This document shows positions 24,098-40,275 of a stretch of DNA of 51,771 nt, piece by piece. Each line of letters starts with the position of its first letter. The first letter of the stretch is position 1. The DNA comes from Macrostomum lignano (taxonomy: Eukaryota). A program made the position numbers and the translations under genes. A model generated the notes under the pieces. That model was not told the origin of the DNA. It saw only the letters and a list, made by a program, of their open reading frames with translations, and ran no database searches. The stretch spans positions 31,489-83,259 of the forward strand of contig NIVC01002008.1 of NCBI GenBank assembly GCA_002269645.1, given 5' to 3'.

Positions 24098-25070
24098 AAG
24101 TCTGGCGCCTCTCCATTAAGTCTGGCGCCTCTCCAATAAGTCTGGCGCCTCTTCATTAAGTCTGGCGCCTCTCCAATAAGTCTGGCGCCTCTCCATTAAG
24201 TCTGGCGCCTCTCCATTAAGTCTGGCGCCTCTCCATTAAGTCTGGCGCCTCTTCATTAAGTCTGGCGCCTCTCCATTAAGTCTGGCGCCTCTCCAATAAG
24301 TCTGGCGCCTCTCCATTAAGTCTGGCGCCTCTCCATTAAGTCTGGCGCCTCTCCAATAAGTCTGGCGCCTCTTCATTAAGTCTGGCGCCTCTCCATTAAG
24401 TCTGGCGCCTCTCCAATAAGTCTGGCGCCTCTTCATTAAGTCTGGCGCCTCTCCAATAAGTCTGGCGCCTCTTCATTAAGTCTGGCGCCTCTCCAATAAG
24501 TCTGGCGCCTCTTCATTAAGTCTGGCGCCTCTCCATTAAGTCTGGCGCCTCTCCAATAAGTCTGGCGCCTCTTCATTAAGTCTGGCGCCTCTCCATTAAG
24601 TTTGGTGCCTCTTCATTAAGTCTGGCGCCTCTCCATTAAGTCTGGCGCCTCTTCATTAAGTCTGGCGCCTCTCCATTAAGTCTGGCGCCTCTCCATTAAG
24701 CCTGGCGCCTCTCCATTAAGTCTGGCGCCTCTCCATTAAGCCTGGCGCCTCTCCATTAAGTCTGGCGCCTCTCCAATAAGTCTGGCGCCTCTCCATTAAG
24801 TTTGGTGCCTCTTCATTAAGTCTGGCGCCTCTCCAATAAGTCTGGCGCCTCTTCATTAAGTCTGGCGCCTCTCCATTAAGTCTGGCGCCTCTCCATTAAG
24901 CCTGGCGCCTCTCCATTAAGTCTGGCGCCTCTCCATTAAGCCTGGCGCCTCTCCATTAAGTCTGGCGCCTCTCCAATAAGTCTGGCGCCTCTTCATTAAG
25001 TCTGGCGCCTCTTCATTAAGTCTGGCGCCTCTCCATTAAGTCTGGCGCCTCTTCAATAAGTCTGGCGCCT
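24098..25070. repeat. 20-nt minisatellite TCTGGCGCCTCTCCATTAAG, ~48 copies
   Basis: Directly visible. Confidence 0.95.
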
Positions 25071-25074
25071 CGCC

Positions 25075-25295
25075 GGTAGTTCATTAATATTAGCAGCAGT
25101 TCATTGACATTAGCCGGCAGTTCATTAAGATTAGCGGCAGTTCATTAAGATTAGCGGCAGTTCATTAAGATTAGCGGCAGTTCCTTAAGATTAGCAGCAG
25201 TTCATTGAGATTAGCGGCAGTTCATTAAGATTAGCGGCAGTTCATTAAGATAAGCGGCAGTTCATTAAGATTAGCGGCAGTTCATTGAGATTAGC
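25075..25295. repeat. 20-nt minisatellite TTCATTAAGATTAGCGGCAG
   Basis: Directly visible. It ends shortly before a candidate acceptor (CCGCAG, 25324) upstream of the ATG at 25390. Confidence 0.95.
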
Positions 25296-25389
25296 GCCAT
25301 TCCACTGTGCCGCCCTCTCCGCAGAATCTTCTCCCCGACCATTTGGCATTGAAACCGCAGTCAGACGACACCGCCGGTTGGCAGTCAAC

Positions 25390-29083
<3,694 letters not shown>

Positions 29084-29283
29084 ACTCAATTCCACAGCTT
29101 GCAAAATATCTGACAGTACATAATGGACCAAGTTTGTTATTGTACTTTATTCTTTCTTAATCTGATTTCGCCTCTGTACTGCATTAAAATATGGTTATTA
29201 TTAACCACCAAAAACTTTACCTTTCTATTGACTGCTTGAGGCAAAAAGCTTTTAAATCCTTTTTATCTGCTCTATTTTATATC

Positions 29284-30073
29284 CCGCTTCCGCTCCCGCT
29301 TCCGCTCCCGCTTCCGCTCCCGCTTCCGCTCCCGCTTCCGCTCCCGCTTCCGCTCCCGCTTCCGCTCCCGCTTCCGCTCCCGCTTCCGCTCCCGCTTCCG
29401 CTCCCGCTTCCGCTCCCGCTTCCGCTCCCGCTTCCGCTCCCGCTTCCGCTCCCGCTTCCGCTCCCGCTTCCGCTCCCGCTTCCGCTCCCGCTTCCGCTCC
29501 CGCTTCCGCTCCCGCTTCCGCTCCCGCTTCCGCTCCCGCTTCCGCTCCCGCTTCCGCTCCCGCTTCCGCTCCCGCTTCCGCTCCCGCTTCCGCTCCCGCT
29601 TCCGCTCCCGCTTCCGCTCCCGCTTCCGCTCCCGCTTCCGCTCCCGCTTCCGCTCCCGCTTCCGCTCCCGCTTCCGCTCCCGCTTCCGCTCCCGCTTCCG
29701 CTCCCGCTTCCGCTCCCGCTTCCGCTCCCGCTTCCGCTCCCGCTTCCGCTCCCGCTTCCGCTCCCGCTTCCGCTCCCGCTTCCGCTCCCGCTTCCGCTCC
29801 CGCTTCCGCTCCCGCTTCCGCTCCCGCTTCCGCTCCCGCTTCCGCTCCCGCTTCCGCTCCCGCTTCCGCTCCCGCTTCCGCTCCCGCTTCCGCTCCCGCT
29901 TCCGCTCCCGCTTCCGCTCCCGCTTCCGCTCCCGCTTCCGCTCCCGCTTCCGCTCCCGCTTCCGCTCCCGCTTCCGCTCCCGCTTCCGCTCCCGCTTCCG
30001 CTCCCGCTTCCGCTCCCGCTTCCGCTCCCGCTTCCGCTCCCGCTTCCGCTCCCGCTTCCGCTCCCGCTTCCGC
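29284..30073. repeat. Perfect 12-nt array (CCGCTTCCGCTC)n, ~65 copies
   Basis: Directly visible; no variant units seen except at the right end. Confidence 0.97.
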
Positions 30074-30460
30074 TTCCGCTTCGAAAAATGGTTCTCGTAA
30101 AGAAACTTCATGTTTGTAAGCACTTTGGCTGAATCACCATCAGTGCAGACTTTGTCAACTGACTCAGTTTCATAATCATATATTTATTGATTCCAACGGC
30201 ACACAACACCAACTGCCAGATTTACAACACTGGTTCGCAATAAGCTGCTATTATATTAATAGTGCACAGAGTTTAAACAACTAAAGATAACAGAACAAAG
30301 TTCAATTACTGCGGTAACTATGGTGCAATAATCATATAAACGAAGATTACCCTTTAAGAAGCATGATATAAAAAACTCTCTTCGAAGCCATACTATACTA
30401 CTTCTAGACGCGCTCAGGACAGTAGTTGAAGGGGGGATATCTTTGTTGAAGAAAAAGTCT

Positions 30461-33400
30461 TCAAACCGCCAGGCCCCCCGACTGCAGCCGGTCGCCGGCG
30501 GCCGCTGTTTCAGCGGCGACTGACGTCGAGGCGACGAAGAACGCCTGCGGCAGGCGGCCTCCGCACTGCAGCAGCGGCGAAGAATCCACCAGAACGGCCG
30601 GCGGCGGCGGCGGCGACTCCGGGAGCGACGAATCGTCGAGCTGGTCCGGCCGCCTCGGCGCCGATGTCGGAGCGCCGGGTTCGGCAGGCCCGGTGCGCTC
30701 CGTCTTCTTCTTGCGCGCCCGGGCGTTCTGGAACCACACCTGCGTGACGCGCTTGTTCAGCTGGGCCCGCTGCGCGATCTTCTCCAGGTCGGCGCCGTCG
30801 GGGTTGTGGTCGAGGTCGAAGTGCGTCTGCAGGATGTGCAGCTGCTCGGGCGTGAAACTGGTGCGGACCCGCTTCGACTTCTGCCGGCCAGAGCCGTCGT
30901 AGCCTGAGATTTGATTTCGGGGAGGGGGAGATTGTATGCTTGTGGGTGAGATTGTATGCTTGTGGGTGAGATTGTATGCTTATGAGTGAGATTGTATGCT
31001 TATGAGTGAGATTGTATGTTTATGGGTGAGATTGTATGCTTAGGGGTGAGATTGTATGCTTATGGGTGAGATTGTATGCCTAGGGGTGAGATTGTATGCC
31101 TAGGGGTGAGATTTAGGAGGGAGGAGATAAAAATTGGAAGGGCCAGGAAAATTCGGAAAGAATAAGCCTAGAGTTGAAGAGGTAATTACACTGAATTTTA
31201 GTAGGTGAGATTAGACCTGGGTATTGTAAGATTAGATTTCTAGTCATGAGATTGTATTGTGGACGGTGAGACTATATCTATGGAGAGATCTATGGAGTTA
31301 AAGCTGGATTTTTGAAGGGTTAGATTAAACTTGGGAGATGATATCATACCTGGGAGGGTGAGATTAGACCTGGGAGGGTGAGATTAGACCTGAGAGGGTG
31401 AGACTAGACCTGGGTGGGTGAAATTAGACCTGGAGGGTAAGATTAGACCTGGAGGGTGAGACTAGACCTGGGTGGTAGAGACTAGACCTGGGTGGGTGAG
31501 ATCAGGTTTGTATGCAGCAATTTTTGCGGAAGAAAAGTCCCGAGTCCTGTTGAGAAACAGCATATTTCACCATTTCAGCAGCCCCTCTTGTGAAGGCGAG
31601 GCGAGCGGTTTTTGCCGCTCGCTATTAAGGGCAAAATTTGGTTAACTAATTGGATGACCAATAAAAAGAATTGTTTATAGAGGCCTTCAATACAATCCAA
31701 TGCATTCGAATCCCCCAGGGGAAGGCGCAGCTTCCCGCTTTGTTCCAGAAACTCTTGGCTACTCAAGCGTCCCCAGAGGATGACGGAGGAGGCTGAGGCG
31801 AGAGAGGCAGCATGTTCCGCCTTTTTACTTTGATTCGCCCTCGCAGTGTCCGCTAAGTGAATTCAGCCGCCTGACAAATTCAGTTCAAGAGGCCCCGTGT
31901 TCGGTCCGCTGGTCTCTGCTGTCCCTCCCTTTCCCTCTCTCTCATTGATACGCAGAGATTCCCTGGTATCCTGGCCGGCTGAAATTTGATTTCAGCTGCG
32001 GGCTGGGGGCATAACTGCATTAGCCAGAGGGGGGGGGGTCTGGGGCTGTGAGCTCTGCTTTCGGCAGCCTGCTCAAAATGCCGCGTGACCGGGTTTGACT
32101 GTTCGAGCGATTGGTCTCGGGATAAATTGAGAGCCACGGCCAGATGCTTCGCGATTATTTAACTTTTATCCATTAAATATATTTTTACTTCTACTTCTCA
32201 GTAAGATTCTTAGTCTACTTCTCAGTAAGATTATTAGTCTACTTCTCAGTAAGATTCTTAGTCTACTTTTCAGTAAGATTCTTAGTCTACTTTTCAGTAA
32301 GATTCTTAGTCTACTTCTCAGTAAGATTCTTAGTCTACTTCTCAGTAAGATTCTTAGTCTACTTCTCAGTAAGATTCTTAGTCTACTTCACAGTAAGATT
32401 CTTAGTCTACTTCTCAGTAAGATTCTTAGTCTACTTCACAGTAAGATTCTTAGTCTACTTCTCAGTAAGATTCTTAGTCTACTTCACAGTAAGATTCTTA
32501 GTCTACTTCTCAGTAAGATTCTTAGTCTACTTCACAGTAAGATTCTTAGTCTACTTCTCAGTAAGATTCTTAGTCTACTTCACAGTAAGATTCTTAGTCT
32601 ACTTCTCAGTAAGATTCTTAGTCTACTTCACAGTAAGATTCTTAGTCTACTTTTCAGTAAGATTCTTAGTCTACTTCTCAAGTCTACTTCTCAGTAAGAT
32701 TCTTAGTCTACTTCTCAGTAAGATTCTTAGTCTACTTCTCAGTAAGATTCTTAGTCTACTTCACAGTAAGATTCTTAGTCTACTTCTCAGTAAGATTCTT
32801 AGTCTACTTCACAGTAAGATTCTTAGTCTACTTTTCAGTAAGATTCTTAGTCTACTTCTCAAGTCTACTTCTCAGTAAGATTCTTAGTCTACTTCTCAGT
32901 AAGATTCTTAGTCTACTTCTCAGTAAGATTCTTAGTCTACTTCTCAGTAAGATTCTTAGTCTACTTCTCAGTAAGATTCTTAGTCTACTTCTCAGTAAGA
33001 TTCTTAGTCTACTTCTCAGTAAGATTCTTAGTCTACTTCTCAGTAAGATTCTTAGTCTACTTTTCAGTCTACTTCTAAGTCTACTACTTTAGTCTACCTC
33101 TGTCTACTTTTAAGTCTTTTTTAGTCTACTTCTCAGTATACTTTTAGTCAATTTCTCAGACTACTTCCTTGTCTACTTCTTATTCAACTTTTCAGTCTAC
33201 TTCTCAGTCTACTTCTCCGTCTACTTCTTTGTCAACTTCTCAGTCGACTTTTAGGCTACTTCTCAGTATACTACTCATTCCATATTCAGTACTCCCCCCA
33301 CCCACCCTAAGCGCAGGCAGCAAATCGCAAACAAAGTCGAGACATTACGCACTGACTGACGACTCGGCCATAAATCGCGCCCAAACAGCCACTTGAGCAG

Positions 33401-36400
33401 CCACTCACTCATCACCAACCCCCGAATTTGAGGATTTGAACTCCGCCCCGAGCCACTTCTGCAACCCCCCCCCCCCCACACTCGGCCCGAATCCCCCAAA
33501 GACAGGCGGGCAGACTGGAGTTTTGGCGCCCGGTCGAACTTCTTCACCAGGTCGATGAGGAGCCGCCGTGCCGGGCAGGGCGAAGAAGACAAACAAATTT
33601 TTCTCTGCCGCGAGTGACTGCAGCCGTAATTTGGGCATTTCGCTGCTCAAGAGAGTCTCTCCCTCAGGACTGGCGCCCCCCCCCCTCCACCCGACTCCGC
33701 CCAGCTTGTGTAGTCGAATAATTTAGGGATTTGAGATCGCAGATTTCAAGAGAGAGATGAAGAAAGCGATGTTAAAAAATCGCAGATCAGGAAGCGGCGA
33801 AATGACAGAGCGCTGCTGCTCTCTGCTTTTTCAAATGACAGAAGAGACTCGCTTCTTGTGCAGCCACGGGGCCAATTGGGGCTGCCTATTAGCCAGCGGC
33901 CACTGCACCGGATGTGCCGGGGATCTCCTTCCCCTCGAGTCTCGGCTTCCACCAGGCCTCCTTTATCCTTCTCGCCCCTAATTGTAGCGATGAATTCCAA
34001 GGTCGGGGATGAAATGGGCGGGCGGGGGACAGTGAGAGCTGCCGGACCCCCCGCAGCGGGGGTCAGTGGGGGCCAATTTGCGTTCTTAACCAGCCCGAGC
34101 TCCGCTGACGGACCCCGGGGGTCCAACAGAAGCGAGTGAGCAATATGAGTTCTTCGCTGTGCGGTTGCGTGGAATCTTTTGCATACTATTATATAAATAC
34201 GACCATATGTGATTCATCCCCAAGGACGCCGATGACCCCCTGTTGGGATTTTAGCACCTTCTGTTGCCTCCCATTGCGGCGGCGTCTTTGGGGATTTCGC
34301 TATTTCGATAACTATTACTGTCTATTGAGCTCAGGATTAACCACCCCACCGCCTGCAGGCGCTAATTAGCCAAGCATTGCTGAGGAGTTTCAAGTGCGAA
34401 TTTCAAAATTGCTCAGTAACTATTAAAATATTGACGGCGTGAAAGTCAAGCGTAAATCTGAGACATCGCCATTTTCATTAACTCCAATTCTTACACAATA
34501 GATAGTTGGATCAGATGCGAGTATGTTGCTCACATGCTACTCAGATGCTACTCAGTTGCTACTCAGATGCTACTCAGATGCTACTCAGATGCTACTCAGA
34601 TGCTACTCAGATGCTACTCAGATGCTACTCAGATGCTACTTAAGTGCTACTCAGATGCTACTCAGATGCTACTCAGATGCTACTCAGATGCTACTCAGAT
34701 GCTACTCAGATGCTACTCAGATGCTACTCAGATGCTACTCAGATGCTACTCAGATGCTACTCAGATGCTACTCAGACTGCAGTTACAGATGAATTCAGAA
34801 GCTGTGGGTCCGGCAGAACAAAGCAGCCACTCACCATCCCCAGAGCTGCCAGTCACGGTCTCCAGGTAGTGCATCTTGCACAGCAGCTTGTCCTCCAGCA
34901 TGGCGCACTCCTCGCCCTGGCTGAGCTGCCGCTGGCACGCAGTGCAGGTGAAGCAGCTCAGGTGGAACGGCAGCGAGTTGAGCCTGTGCACCCAGGAGTC
35001 AGAGGTGATGCGCATGCCGCAGCCGTGGCAGTGGCTCAGCCGGTGCGCGCAGCCGGGGCACAGCAGCGAGGCCCCCGGAGGCCCGCCAGCCTCGCTCGAG
35101 GAGTTCACCTGGGACTGGCCGCCGCCACCGCCGCCGCCACCCAGCCAGCACTTCTGGTCGCGCTCCGTCACCTGGCGCCCGCAGTGCGAGCACACCAGGC
35201 AGGTCACGTGATAATATTCTAGGAAATCGAAGCAGAACTGCTCCTCCTCGTCCGTTTGATCCGTGTCGATGACCAGCGAGCCGAACCTGCTCGTTGTGGA
35301 GTGACGTTTGAGCTTGTGAAGTGTCGAGCTTATGAAGATTCGAGCTTGTGAAGTTTCGATCGAGCTTGTGAAGTGTCGATCGAGCTTGTGAAGTTTTGAT
35401 ATTGTGAAGGTTCGAGCTTGTGAAGTTTCGATCGAGCTTGTGAAGTGTCGAGCTTATGAAGTTTCGAGCTTGTGAAGTTTCGATCGAGCTTGTGAAGTTT
35501 CGATCGAGCTTGTGAAGTTTTGATATTGTGAAGGTTCGAGCTTGTGAAGTTTCGAGCTTGTGAAGTTTCGATCGAGCTTGTGAAGTTTCGATCGAGCTTG
35601 TGAAGTTTTGATATTGTGAAGGTTCGAGCTTGTGAAGTTTCGATCGAACTTGTGAAGTTTTGATATTGTGAAGGTTCGAGCTTGTGAAGTTTCGATCGAA
35701 CTTGTGAAGTTTTGATATTGTGAAGGTTCGAGCTCGTGAAGGTTCGAGCTTGTGAAGGTTCGAGCTTGTGAAGGTTCGAGCTTGTGAAGGTTCGAGCTTG
35801 TGAAGGTTCGAGCTTGTGAAGGTTCGAGCTTGTGAAGGTTCGAGCTTGTGAAGTTTCGAGCTTGTGAAGTTTCGATCGAGCTTGTGAAGTTTCGATCGAG
35901 CTTGTGAAGTTTTGATATTGTGAAGGTTCGAGCTTGTGAAGTTTCGATCGAACTTGTGAAGTTTTGATATTGTGAAGGTTCGAGCTTGTGAAGTTTCGAT
36001 CGAACTTGTGAAGTTTTGATATTGTGAAGGTTCGAGCTCGTGAAGGTTCGAGCTTGTGAAGGTTCGAGCTTGTGAAGGTTCGAGCTTGTGAAGGTTCGAG
36101 CTTGTGAAGGTTCGAGCTTGTGAAGGTTCGAGCTTGTGAAGGTTCGAGCTTGTGAAGGTTCGAGCTTGTGAAGGTTCGAGCTTGTGAAGGTTCGATCGAG
36201 CTTGTGAAGGTTCGAGCTTGTGAAGGTTCGATCGAGCTTGTGAAGGTTCGAGCTTGTGAAGGTTCGATCGAGCTTGTGAAGGTTCAATCGAGATTGTGAA
36301 ACGCCCCATCGCCAGACACAGGATGAAATATGCGACCTCACAGCGCCAACACCCTACATGCTGTACACAGCATGATCGCAGTGGGTTGGCTTTTGCCCCT

Positions 36401-38998
36401 GTGGTTACCTTTAATCAGTGGGTCAGGCGCATTTCTGCTTCGGCTGTGCGCTCACTTTTGCATTGCCCCCGAAGTGAAAGATTAACTTGCAGCAATAAAA
36501 AATTAAAAGCACCTGCAGCAGCCTGACTCACTTGACAACCGGTCGCCTCAGAGCCATCAGCTGGCAGTCGACGATGGGGAGACCGCAGGCCGAGCACGGC
36601 GGCGTGTGCCGCAGATTCACCTGAAATCAGCAGTTTTCGGTTGGATTTGGGTAGAGTAGATATAGGGTAGATTGTAGATTGGGTAGATTGTAGATTGTAG
36701 GGTAGATTGTAGATTGTAGGGTAGATTGTAGATTGTAGGGTAGAGTGTAGATTGTATGGTAGAGTGTAGATTGTATGGTAGAGTGTAGATTGTATGGTAG
36801 AGTGTAGATTGCAGGGTAGAGTGTAGATTGCAGGGTAGAGTGTAGATTGTATGGTAGAGTGTAGATTGCAGGGTAGAGTGTAGATTGTATGGTAGAGTGT
36901 AGATTGTATGGTAGAGTGTAGATTGTATGGTAGAGTGTAGATTGTATGGTAGAGTGTAGATTGTATGGTAGAGTGTAGATTGTATGGTAGAGTGTAGATT
37001 GTATGGTAGAGTGTAGATTGTATGGTAGAGTGTAGATTGTATGGTAGAGTGTAGATTGTATGGTAGAGTGTAGATTGTATGGTAGAGTGTAGATTGTATG
37101 GTAGAGTGTAGATTGTATGGTAGAGTGTAGATTGTATGGTAGAGTGTAGATTGCAGGGTAGAGTGTAGATTGCAGGGTAGAGTGTAGATTGTATGGTAGA
37201 GTGTAGATTGCAGGGTAGAGTGTAGATTGCAGGGTAGAGTGTAAATTTAGATTCTGGGTAGAGCAGCCGTGCACAGGCTGTCTCAGGTATTCAACAGTTG
37301 CAATTAAGTCAGCATACTGAAGTGAGAGGCGCCACTTGAGAGGCGCCAACTTTTCCCTGTTGACAGCAAGTGAAGAATAGTGGTGCGGCTGCGCACAAAA
37401 GACAAGTGGACAATCTCGGGAATTTCTCTGGCGGGGATTCGAACTTTGCTCCCAGCAACAACCGAAGTCTGCATGTCTCTATAGTTGCAGTAAAAGAGCT
37501 TTTATTGGACTCTGATTGCAAAATCACTGCTTGATTGCGTCACATCCCGGAAAGGCACGAGGCCTCAAGTCTGCGAGTCTGCACGAGCTCTGAGCCGGCT
37601 TGCCAGATTTCGCAACGGTGGAGAAACGTGGAGGAGAGGCGGAACAGGCCATGCAGCCCCACACGAGGCTGAAGTGGCTGGCTTGGCTCTCGAGGCGGTC
37701 TTAATCTCTGCCCATTGAAGCCTGAAGACGCCAAACCAAGACGGCCAAACCGTAACCAGGCGATCCGTTAGAGTTTAGCATGGAAACTTCAATAAAAAGT
37801 GAAGGGCTCAGCTTTGAGCAGCTGCATACACGCGCAGAACAAAGCCGGTCATAAAGATCTCGGGCGATTTGAGACTTGTTGAATAGCGAAAATCCCTCTT
37901 TCGAAGTTTTAATCCCCTCGCACTGCATGAGAACTTGTCATTAAGAATCTCGAGCTGTACGGAGCTTCCGGAGTTGTTAAGGATGAGCTTCAAATCAATG
38001 AGGCAGATTGAGATGGTGGCTAAACTGCAGGACTACCCACTCATGGCTAAATACACTGCTAATGACTGACGAGGATCTCTCGCTTTGGGTGTCAGCGTCT
38101 CTCGCTTTGGGTGTCAGCGTCTCTCGCTTTGGGTGTCAGGGTCTCTAGCCTTGGGTGTCAGGTTCTCTAGCTTTGGGTGTCAGGGTCTCTAGCCTTGGGT
38201 GTCAGGTTCTCTAGCTTTGGGTGTCAGGGTCTCTCGCCTTGAGTGTCAGGGTTTCTAGCCCTGGGTGTCAGGGTGTCTAAATTTGGGTGTCAGGCCTTCT
38301 AGCTTTGGGTATCAGGGCCTCTGCTTTGGGTGTCAGGGTCTCTAACCCTGGGTGTCAGGGTTTCCAGATTTGGGTGTCAGGGTGTCTAACTTTGAGTGTC
38401 AGGGTCTCTGCTTTGGGTGTCAGGCCCTCTGCTTTGGGTGTCAGGCCCTCTGCTTTGGGTGTCAGGCCCTCTGCTTTGGGTGTCAGGCCCTCTGCTTTGG
38501 GTGTCAGGCCCTCTGCTTTGGGTGTCAGGCCCTCTGCTTTGGGTGTCAGGCCCTCTGCTTTGGGTGTCAGGCCCTCTGCTTTGGGTGTCAGGCCCTCTGC
38601 TTTGGGTGTCAGGCCCTCTGCTTTGGGTGTCAGGCCCTCTGCTTTGGGTGTCAGGCCCTCTGCTTTGGCTGTCTATAACGTGGCCTGCATGTCGCACCAA
38701 CATCAAGTGCCATAAATCAATCGGTGCAAACCTTGACAGCTTTGACCGGCGGTTGCTGCTCGTCGGATTCTGCCGGCTCATCGCCACCAACTGCCGCGGA
38801 CTGCTGGCCGGGAGCGGCGCGCTTGACGCCGCCGCGCCCGGCAGCGGAGCCGGAGGCGCAGCTCGCTGAGCTGACCGGCAGGCTGTCGCCCTCGCTACCA
38901 GTAATCGAATCGTCGTCCTGGTCGATGCCAATGTCGATGTCGATTTCGCCGGCGCCGCCGGCAGTGGAGGTCGCCGGTTCGAATCCGCAGAGTGTCAT
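30461..38998 (-). CDS. Awh: LIM-homeodomain transcription factor, Arrowhead/Lhx6-8 class, ~416 aa
   Basis: Exons 38732-38998, 36532-36620, 34835-35286 and 30461-30903 join in frame. Homeodomain KSKRVRTSFTPEQLHILQTHFDLDHNPDGADLEKIAQRAQLNKRVTQVWFQNARARKKK. LIM2 CHGC..FHLSCFTCTACQRQLSQGEECAMLEDKLLCKMHY. Linker HYLETVTGSSGDGYDG resembles Awh. Minus-strand AATAAA at 30183-30188. Confidence 0.9.
30945..31500. repeat. Two related 20-nt repeats (GAGATTGTATGCTTATGGGT; GAGATTAGACCTGGGAGGGT) in Awh intron 3
   Basis: Directly visible at 30945-31110 and 31350-31500. Confidence 0.85.
32200..33270. repeat. 24-nt minisatellite TAGTCTACTTCTCAGTAAGATTCT with a degenerate right tail
   Basis: Directly visible. 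Confidence 0.95.
34535..34775. repeat. 11-nt repeat TACTCAGATGC
   Basis: Directly visible. Confidence 0.95.
35305..36295. repeat. 16-20-nt minisatellite GAGCTTGTGAAG(G/T)TTC(GATC) filling Awh intron 2
   Basis: Directly visible, with recurring higher-order blocks containing TTTTGATATTGTGAAGG. Confidence 0.95.
36655..37245. repeat. 19-nt minisatellite GTAGATTGTATGGTAGAGT in Awh intron 1
   Basis: Directly visible. Confidence 0.95.
38070..38668. repeat. 21-nt minisatellite CTTTGGGTGTCAGGCCCTCTG in Awh intron 1
   Basis: Directly visible. Confidence 0.95.
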
Positions 38999-39094
38999 AG
39001 CGAAGCTCCGGACGTGAAGCAACAGTAATGGAGTGGCTTTTCAAGCGGGCGGAGGAGAGGAGAGAAGTCTGCGCCTAGCGGGAGACTCAGTGGA

Positions 39095-39170
39095 GCCTGT
39101 GGGGCAGCCAATGGCGGGCGGCCGCGGCGGGCGGGGTTGGCCAATTAGACGGTGCAGTGGGGCCCGCGTG
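39095..39170. promoter_or_regulatory. Candidate Awh proximal promoter with CCAAT and GC boxes
   Basis: CAGCCAATGGCGGGCGG..GGCGGGGTTGGCCAATTAG lies ~100-150 nt upstream of the ATG at 38998. Confidence 0.45.
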
Positions 39171-39529
39171 GCAGCCAAGCAATTAGCTGTTTCTCACCCT
39201 CCTGCTCACTCAGGATTGGGGGGCTGCATGGGCAGGCTCAATTGATGTGTGCGATTGACGCTCTTTGATGTTTGCCGCCACCGGCCGCCGAGTGGCACCT
39301 GCGCTGGCGGAAAAAATCGAAAGTGGCGCCAACAATCGAGTCTGTTGTTGGCACATTTTGGCTGAGCGAGTATTTATGACCAAAAAAGAACTTTTTGGTG
39401 GCGATACAGATTGCAGGTGCAATTCGCAGCATTCGTTGTGCACCTTGCGTGTCAGCAACCCCTCATTTTGCACAGCACAGCAGATTAACGTAAATGGCAC
39501 CTAGGAGATCGGGCAAGGGGTTGAGAGAT

Positions 39530-40275
39530 AGGGGAGGGGAGAGAAGAGAGAGGGGAGAGAAGAGAGAGGGGAGAGAAGAGAGGGGAGAGAAGGGAGAGGG
39601 GAGAGAAGGGAGAGGGGAGAGAAGGGAGAGGGGAGAGAAGGGAGAGGGGAGAGAAGGGAGAGGGGAGAGAAGGGAGAGGGGAGAGAAGGGAGAGGGGAGA
39701 GAAGGGAGAGGGGAGAGAAGGGAGAGGAGAGAGAAGGGAGAGGGGGAGAAGGGAGAGGAGAGAGAAGGGAGAGGGGGAGAAGGGAGAGGGGAGAGAAGGG
39801 AGAGGGGAGAGAAGGGAGAGGGGAGAGAAGGGAGAGGGGAGAGAAGGGAGAGGGGGAGAAGGTAGAGAAGAGAGAAGGGAGAGGGGAGAGAAGGGAGAGG
39901 GGAGAGAAGGGAGAGGGGAGAGAAGGGAGAGGGGAGAGAAGGGAGAGGGGAGAGAAGGGAGAGGGGAGAGAAGGGAGAGGGGGAGAAGGTAGAGAAGAGA
40001 GAAGGGAGAGGGGAGAGAAGGGAGAGGGGAGAGAAGGGAGAGGGGGAGAAGGGAGAGGGGAGAGAAGGGAGAGGGGAGAGAAGGGAGAGGGGAGAGAAGG
40101 GAGAGGGGAGAGAAGGGAGAGGGGGAGAAGGGAGAGGGGAGAGAAGGGAGAGGGGAGAGAAGGGAGAGGGGAGAGAAGGGAGAGGGGAGAGAAGGGAGAG
40201 GGGAGAGAAGGGAGAGGGGGAGAAGGTAGAGAAGAGAGAAGGGAGAGAGGACTGGAAGAGAAGGGAGAGGGAAGG
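39530..40275. repeat. 16-nt pure-purine repeat GAGAAGGGAGAGGGGA
   Basis: Directly visible. Confidence 0.95.

Noticed and set aside
33300-34450. GC-rich ORFs and TAAT-rich motifs in Awh intron 3; also an ATGCAAAT octamer near 40487
   Set aside because: Awh exons join in frame without extra exons. An enhancer role is plausible but cannot be supported without conservation or chromatin data.
37720-37765. Hammerhead-like CTGAAGA..GCC..GGC..CAAAC
   Set aside because: The essential GAAA is CAAA and there is no convincing stem I; at best a dead relic.
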